Shown in pieces: positions 53,140 to 61,800 of a DNA stretch of 64,000 nucleotides. The stretch covers positions 179,180,001-179,244,000 of the forward strand of contig CM126211.1 in assembly GCA_052327205.1 (NCBI GenBank), written 5' to 3'. This stretch comes from Somniosus microcephalus. Its lineage: Eukaryota. Position 1 is the stretch's first letter; every line of letters starts with the position of its first letter. A model generated the notes under the pieces. The model was not told where the DNA came from. It saw nothing but the letters and a program-made list of their open reading frames with translations, and searched no databases. The translations under genes were made by a program, and so were the position numbers.

Positions 53140-55823
53140 AAAGGGTTTTCAGAACGGTAGGTAGAAGGAGCAATTGTGGCTGTGTGAATGGAATGTGAGA
53201 ATGAGTTATGTATGTATGTCCACATATATTCCTTTACGTATATGTATGTATGTTTTATATTCCTTTACTAATGTGTATGAATGTATGTTTTTAATTATGA
53301 TTTTCAAATAAGTTACTTTCTCTGAAAGTCATAATTAAATAATACATTCATACACATAAGTAAAGGAATATATACATAACACACAAAGGAATATATACAG
53401 ACATACATACTTTCAGAAGCTCCACGATAAGAAATATCTTCCTCCGCAGCCTCTGGAGCAACTGTACCCATGCTTTTTTCATGTGTAAGTTGTAAGGACT
53501 TGACCTCACTGAAAGCAGTAATGAAAGCGGCGAATTATACTGCGCACGCGCTGCCTGTGCAGTCGCACGCGTTCTGCCTCTGAACCCCTTCGTTCAGAGG
53601 ACAGGAAATGCCGGTTTTCCCCAAAAGCACTGTGCATGCTGAAAACCGGCATTTCATCCGGCCAGATGCGTAAGTACCCCGACCGTACTCGCGCAGTTGG
53701 AAGGGAATTACTGGGCCAACATTTTACATGTCACTAAAATGAAAAATTTAACAATTGCACGACTTGCCCCCTCGCATCTGCGACTGAGGGTCCAAGGAGG
53801 TGCATTGCGCAAGAGGTCATCATCGTACGCATCCTCACACTGTTCCCTTTGGGGAACTGTATGAAGTGGTGGAAGGATTTATGGCCGTGATTAACGCTCA
53901 TTCCGTGACCGTAACCATCTTTGAACCAGCCATTAGGGTGGTTAGTCCTATGGCGGGAGGGTTTTACGGGCTCCCACAACCCATCTGAGGGGGGAGGGGG
54001 GGGCCACCAACACCCACGGACGCAAGTATCCCGCTGGATGTCCACCCAGAATTTAAAGTTGGAACTCCGACTCCACTTGCCGGGACTGTCTGGAGTGGGG
54101 TTCAAAACCCTACTCCTTCTGGCCCAGCGGCGGGGATGCTTACTGCTACGCAAAAGGCCCACTCCGCACAAAAGGTGACACCCATACGTTTCCTGCGCCT
54201 TTTCCCTCCCCGTGACTGGAGCCCTATGCTGCCATTTCACGTTGCTAATCAGATTGGGCCTTTGTCATAGCGGTAGGATCCCCGCCGCTGGGCCAGATCA
54301 GGGTAGGGTTTCGAACCCCGCTCCAGACAGTCCCGGCAAGTGGAGTCGGAGCTCCGGCTCTAAATTCTGGGTTGACATCCAGTGGGATATTTGCGTCCGT
54401 GGGTGTGGGTGGCCCCCCCCTCCTTGTATAGCTTGTGGGAGCCCGTAAAACCCTCCCGCCATAGGACTAACCGCCCTAATGGCTGGTTCAAAGATGGTTA
54501 CGGTCACGGAATGAGCGTTAATCACGGCCATAAATCCTTCCACCACTTCATACAGTTCCCCAAAGGGAACAGTGTGAAGACACGTATGACGACGACATTG
54601 CTAAATAAATAAATGGAATTAAAAAAATTCTTTTAGGGCTTTTAAAAGTCTTTAAATTGCTTTAATTCTCTTTAAAACTACTTCAGATTACTCAAAATAA
54701 TGTAAACATTTTAAAAAGTTTATAAAAGTTACCAAAATCTTCAAAGAACTTCCAAAAACCTATTTAAACTGCTGCTTTGCATGTAAAAATGCTTAGCAGC
54801 TTGACAGAAACATTGGGGGCGTGTCCAGTGAAACTGAGACCTCAAGGGGCGTGTCTCACTTACACTGCACGCTCCTGGCTTCGCGCTGGCTGCACTCCTG
54901 GGCGGCGTGACGTCATACGCTGCCCGGGATTCTTCTTTTTCATTCACCAAGTCCAGGCGTCCCTGGAGCTGATCGTCAGTAGCGCGGGGTAAGTGTAAAT
55001 ACGGGGCTTGCACGCGCTGCAAGCCCCGTTCTGGAATTTCTGGGCCATTATCTCCCATCCCCATCAAAGTCAGGCCACCATGTGTGGAATTAAACCATCG
55101 TTGAGCCATTCCATTGACAGTATACTTTTTTTAATTTCAATTATTTTTTATTCATTCTTAGGATGTGGGCATCGCTGGCAAGGCCAGCATTTACTGCACA
55201 TCCCTAGTTGCCTTTAAGGTGGTGGCGGTGGTGGGCCTTCTTGAACTGCTGCATTGATACAACTAAGTGGCTTGCTAGGTCACTTCAGAGGGCAGTTAAG
55301 GGTCAACCAAGTTGGTATGGGACTGGAGTCACCCAAAGACCAGACTGGGTAAGGATGGCAGGTTTCTTTTCCTGAAGGACATTAGTGAACCAGTGGGGTT
55401 TTTGCGACAATACAACAGCTTAATGGTCATTTTTATTTGTACCAGCATTTTTTTATTTCCAGATTTTTGATTTACAATTACCTATATCCTCAAAGAAAAT
55501 GTGTAATATTACTTATTTTAAATAGCCAGACTAGATGAAAAATGCTGTTCTGCTTTATCTTGGTCTCTCTTTGCTCAATACAAATGCCAACCATGCTAGC
55601 TTTTCTTTCCCTCTGTTGGAACAAAACACCCATGTGGAACTTAGATTAGGGTGTGAAGAGGGTTTAAAAAAAGTGAATCATCCTGGCCCACTCTTGCACA
55701 CCTAGGCACCAGCATATATTCAGAGGTCGCCTGCCTACGTGGCCTCTTGGCTGGCATATTGCATACCTTAGGGAAACCATAAAGATAGGACGGACGGACG
55801 CACGCACGCACGCACGCGCGCGC

Positions 55824-55854
<31 letters not shown>

Positions 55855-58800
55855 AAAGTTAAACAACATAAGTCAAAATTCACACCAGCCAAAGCTTATG
55901 TTAATGAATGCAGAGCTTAGCAGTGAACAGAATTAGTCAATAAACTAAGCGGTATAAAGATAAACGGCCAAACCCAAATTAGGTTTCATTAAAAAAAAGC
56001 TGAAACATTCCGACTCATACTGAAACACAAATGGCACCGTGCATTATGTGACTAGGCAAGGAGGCCCCTAGGAGGTGCCAATTACTTCCTTTCTCGTGTG
56101 CATAGTGAGGGGAAATATGGTTGCAGTGTTAAATATTTATTGATTTATCAAACTGCAATACATTCAGAAATGATATTCTAGCATGCCTCAGACACTAGTA
56201 GTCGCACTGTGAATTCAAATAGTGGAAAATGTTGCATGTTGAAAATGTTCTTTTTTTAAAACTCATTGTGTCACATCTTAGCTGACAGCTACGGTTTTAG
56301 CTGTTTTAGCTATTTTTTCAGCTTATTTATAAAACAGTTTAGATGTCAAATTATTTACATACACTGCTGCAATGTATCTTTTAGAAAAAATGGAAATGTT
56401 TACAAAGAAAAATATCCTAACTTCTCTACTACAGTTGACCAAGTCCTAAATTAGCTGTTGGTAAAATACATAGAATTTCAAAGGTGACGTTTGATATTTT
56501 GCCACGTTGCTTCACAGTAAATACCTTGTACTTTGCAGAATTATTTCCATTAGATAAAAATTTAGAATCAATTTTTGTTCCAAAGCAAATACACCAAGAC
56601 TGAGTTACAGAAGATATTCCTTCTAGTATCATAATCTGCTAGTACTTCAGTGAGTCATGAAGGTCAGGCCAGAAATGAACAATTTGTTATCACATGAAGA
56701 AATGGAAGGTATTCAATTTAAGCCACAAAGGTCATATTCAGCATCAGGAATTTAGACCACTTATTTCACATTTGTAAAGGTTATTAAAAAAAAACCAAGA
56801 ATACTAGTTTGCAGAAAGACAGAAAGATCCCCAAAGTCATTTCAATATGCTGTCAGACATTCATCTTTTTCATGCTTAGCTTTAAATAACCAAGTTGAGA
56901 TTCACCTCAAAGAAGTTAAGAGGTTCCAAAGAACCTTACATGCACCGTGTATATACAATAGATGTTCAGTATTCCCATGAACTATCATAGTATTATTGAT
57001 CATTTTTAAAATAAGGTCAAATAAGGCAAAGTTAATGATGTGACGTGGTCAATGCCACCCTTACCTGTGTGCCTTGAAACAGATACAAGGATTATATAAA
57101 TCAAGAGATTATAACTTCAATTTCTCTGTGCAGTACTGCACTTTGTATTTTAGTAACAACCGGTTTCTGAAATATTAACCAAATAACTGAAGTAAGCTCA
57201 GAAGGGTTAAAATAATTTCAGAAACCACCAATGTGAAGCCTAAGCACATGACAAATGTCATCTAAATTTGGAGATAAAGTTACAGCTTTTAACTCACTGT
57301 AAAATGTGATATTTTAAATATTAATTTTAGAAACAGATTATATAGAAGAAAAGCTGTTTAGAGTTTTATCTTTTTTTTTTAAAACAGGTACTGTATGTGA
57401 CATAATATTTCACTCAAGTAGGTTATGTTAGCTTACCTCAAAAATGCACTACACTCAAGAATTGTTTAGATAAAAGTTTTTCTGAATTCCAGGGATTTCA
57501 TTTTTTGTGGATCTTCTGCTGAGAAGTCAGTTTCTACTTTTCGTGGAGATTTCTTTACATGAAAGCAAAGAGCAATATGAATGCACCTCTGCCCCTTTAC
57601 TTGGGCACACCCAGGAGGATGATACAGAGGCAATTCATTTTATTGTGGCTTTAACATGAAGCTGTAGCACAAGGCAAAGGAGTGTATAATGTCTGTTGAC
57701 AGATGGTACAGCTGGAGCACTGTCACACTGTAACTGTTATTTTTACCCCTCCCTTTCCTCATACAAGGAAAGAGAAAAATATGGTTCCAGACATAGTCAG
57801 CACATCATCTGTCTCATCTTACTGGGGTGTAATATTATCAATTTACAGAAAGGAAAAATACCTCCACCCTGGTTCATAGGATGTCCACAGCCAAGTATTT
57901 GCAAAATACTGATCTATTAAAATCTAATTGTTTTGAAGTCCAGGATTTCAGCTTTGCAAATTAGTACAGTTCTTTATATGGATTAAACTCTATTTTTAAA
58001 GTTATTTTTTCTTTCTTTTTTTAATCATGCCAAACACCTAGCCCTCTTTGCTGAAGCAGGAATTAACCTCATTCCCTTTATGAAAGCTGGAGTGAAGGGT
58101 TTGATAGACGATAAACTGAAGAATATTCAGCGCTGCCCTAAGTAAACTGGCAAGTGCAAGAGTTGAAGTGGCATCCAAATTTCCCTTTCCTCCATTCCAG
58201 ATAAATGCCTCACCATTCCTCCACAATATAGCCGAGATGTTCACGGAGTACAGAAATGACAGCAGCAAACTTGCGTGCTACCAACATGCTGTGCCACACA
58301 TCAACCCGAGTACAGCACCGAAATATTGTGAAGGAAATATCTACAAGCCAATCATCAAAGCCAGTGATAATGGCACAACTGGAAAAAACAAAAAGGTACA
58401 ATTTAAGAGAAACAAAAATATTTGTACTGCACGTGAACAGTGCATGTATTATAATCAGGCAATTAGTTTGGTGCTGACATACGTGCCAAGTTACTGAAAG
58501 CATTTGCAATCGTAAGGCCTTTAAAATTTACAGTACATTTACAATTACAAAACTAGAAACAATGTAATGACAAAGCACCTCCATTTCTTCTGGCAAACAT
58601 TAACCATATACATTTGTTCGGGATTTTTGCAGGAACATTCCAAATGAAGCTACTGCCTTCATGTCCCCATTGTACAAGGCATGAAGGCATTGTTATAAAG
58701 GAACACAAAAATGGAGAACACCGTCATTCTACATCCCTAAGTAAAATGTGTATATTTAACAGTAATTACATTTGTAATGAATATTTTTTTCCACTCATTA

Positions 58801-61800
58801 TAATTGTAATAAAATTTGTTCTTCTGCTTTTTGCAGGTACCTGCATAGCAATGGTTACAGCCATGTGGGTCAGTAACATTCGAAAGGTGGCCTGAGGTTA
58901 GGGAGCATGGGGCTGTTACAGTCTGAGAGAACGGGGGGGGCGTAAAGAGTTTGCAAAATATGGAAACACCGTTAGGGGCAATCATGGTGTTTAGGAACAC
59001 TGGGAAAAAGGTACAAGGGTCTTGTAGAAGTGGGAGGAGCGCCGGAAGCAGATGCTGGATATAGCAGTGATGGGAGAGGGGCTTGGGTGCGGTGGCAGCC
59101 CTGGGATGGTAATAGGCTGTATGGGAGCATTGGGAAGGGGGAATTGCCAGACCTGGGAATACTGGGAAGAGGACTGCAGGGTGTTACTGATAAAAGTGCA
59201 TGTTGACAGCAGGGAAAAGGTTTTGGTGCTCAGCATGGGGGGATGGGATTGCTGGGAGGTGGCAGACTGGTGCGGTACGAGCGCTCAGTGCTGGTGGGCT
59301 TTCTTAAACGTATTCTCCCATCAGTAACCTGGTGATACTTGTATTATTTGAAATTTAGCTCAGTATTTAAAATATAATGCAAGTTTCCCCAGGTCACTGC
59401 TGCTGAAAACTCTTAAATTCACCCTCCCCCCATGACTGGTACCTCCTCCTACCTCTGCCATCACCCTCTCCTTCAAACTCCCATATACTCTGCCAAAAAT
59501 GGGCGCCTGAAAACCACCTTAAATTTCTGAAGTGTTTGCTCAACACTTTTATATTTTTAAATGGCTGAAAATGCAGTTCAGGAACTTCAAACCGGTTCCT
59601 AATAATGGCCAGAATGCAGCTCCAGGGAGCATAGATGGAGTCCTGGGTCCAGTCATGACAGTTCTGTCTAATTGAAATATACAAGATTCTGAGGGGGAAT
59701 TGACAGGGTAGATGCGGAGAGGCTGTTTCTCCTGGCTGGAGAGTCTAGAACTAGGGGGTCAGTCTCGGGATAAGGGGTCGGCCATTTAGGAATGAGTTGA
59801 GGAGAAATGTCTTCAATCAGAGGGTGGTGAATCTTTGGAATTCGCTACCCCAAAGGGCTGTGGGCGCTTAGTCGTGGAGTATATTCAAGGCTGAGATCGA
59901 TAGAGGGATATGGGGACCTGGGCAGGAAAGTGGAGCTGAGGTCGAAAATCAGCCATGATCTTATTGAATGGCTCCTATTTCTTATGTTCTTATAAGTAAA
60001 ATTAAAAGGTGAGTTTGATTGTGACAGAAAAGGTTGAGTGACAGAAATAAGCACAGCAGGAAGTGAGGTGATTGCAGGAAGTGTACACATCAGCTTGATT
60101 TAGTGGTATCACTTTTGCCCGAGTCAGAAGGCTGTGGATTCAAGCACCGGTCCAGCACATAATCTAGGAAGGCATTTTGGTACAGTATGAGGGAGTGCTG
60201 CATTGTCAGAGGTGCTATCTTTCAAATAAGACAGTAAACCAAGGCCTTGTCTACCAGTTCAAGTGGATATAAAAGATCCATGGCACTAATTAAAACAGAA
60301 CAGGGAGTTTTCCCAGTGTCCTGTCCATCATTTATCCCTCAACCAACACAACTATAACAGATTATCTGATCATTTAGCTCATTTGCTCTTTGTGGGATCT
60401 TGCAATGCCAAAAGTGGCTGCAGTGTTTTCCTCCATAACCACAGTGCTTACTCTTCAAAACTAATTCATTGGCTGTGAAACACTTTTGGGTCACTGCTGA
60501 GGACATGAAAGGTGCTACATAAATGGAAATTTTCACTTTGCTTCAAATATGTATTTATATAAAAATGGATGTAAAAATGCACACACAAAATATTGGTTTG
60601 AAAATGTATAAAGTTAAACGGATTTGTTCTGTGCGTAAAAGATGGTTGCAGTGGCCTCAAGAGCATCAATTTAATAAAACTCATCACCTGATACTTTCCT
60701 AATCCAACCCCCCACTTCCAATTTCACGTTATTTTTTTTCTATCTGTTTTAGGTTTCAAATGCTACACACCATTTCATAGCTAAGCAAGTTGACACCAAC
60801 AAGTTGCTACTTTTTTACAAATGCCAATTCATAATTGCCCACTAGGATCTGTAAACAGTGGATGATGGAAACTTGCATGCCCATTCTCTTTTCCTCCAAG
60901 AAGTGGCCAGCCTTACTCAGACAAAATAGGAAACCGATCGTGAGCCCACATCATAGTCAGTAGCTAGGTAAGTGATTTGCCATTGCAAAATTGTTGAAAA
61001 TTGCAAAACAGTTGCAGGAAAAATGTTTAGAATTGCAAGCAGCTATGAGGGATACTGTTCTTGCATTCTCTTGTCAACTTTTCCCCTTATTTTGCATTTT
61101 AATTTTAATCAGCATCATGTCTGAAAGCACTGATGTTCTGCTACTCTCAACCCTTTTAGGAGTGTAGCAAGTTTCCAGCTGGTTACTTTAACAGCTCCTT
61201 GGGCAGTCCACTAGCACTCAGCTCACAAACACCGTTTAAAATCAGTTTAAATTATAGCGCTGGTGTGGGAAGCATGTGCCAAATATACAATCCGCTATTA
61301 TAGTAACCAACTGGAAACTGCTTCACTTTTAGATGGGCTGAAACAAAATATTGATACTTTAAAACATGCTGCTGATTAAAACTAAAGTGTCAGTGAACAG
61401 AGAAATTAATAAGAAATGTTACGCTGTAGTGTGAAATTCTCAGGATGTGTCCTGTAGGTTGAACTACAGCAAACCATGTGTCCTCTCCATGACAACACAT
61501 TGGTAAAACCACCATATTATCTTCTAATAATGCAGTTTTTGACACCTACAAATAGAGCAGGTACTTACAGATCCATTCACACTGGCCACTTTGGGGAGAT
61601 GGTGTTCTTTTTAAACACAAAAAATAGAAGCTATTTTATTTTACAAAGCGAGTTTACCAAAGATTGAATTTTCACTACAATAATTGAAGAGGACGGTACT
61701 ACCACAGGTCAATAAGTGAAAACTAATCTTTTTGACAAGATTGCAAAATTATTGCATAATAATAAACGTGATATCTGTCAAATTAAACAAGAATTTCAAT

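Noticed and set aside
53734-54612. Paired genes on opposite strands
   Set aside because: The mirrored ORFs are a by-product of the inverted repeat; I recognise no protein similarity.
58038-58509. Hidden exon or retrocopy in intron 1
   Set aside because: Short overlapping ORFs with no recognisable homology or convincing splice signals; it could be a conserved non-coding element but that cannot be shown here.
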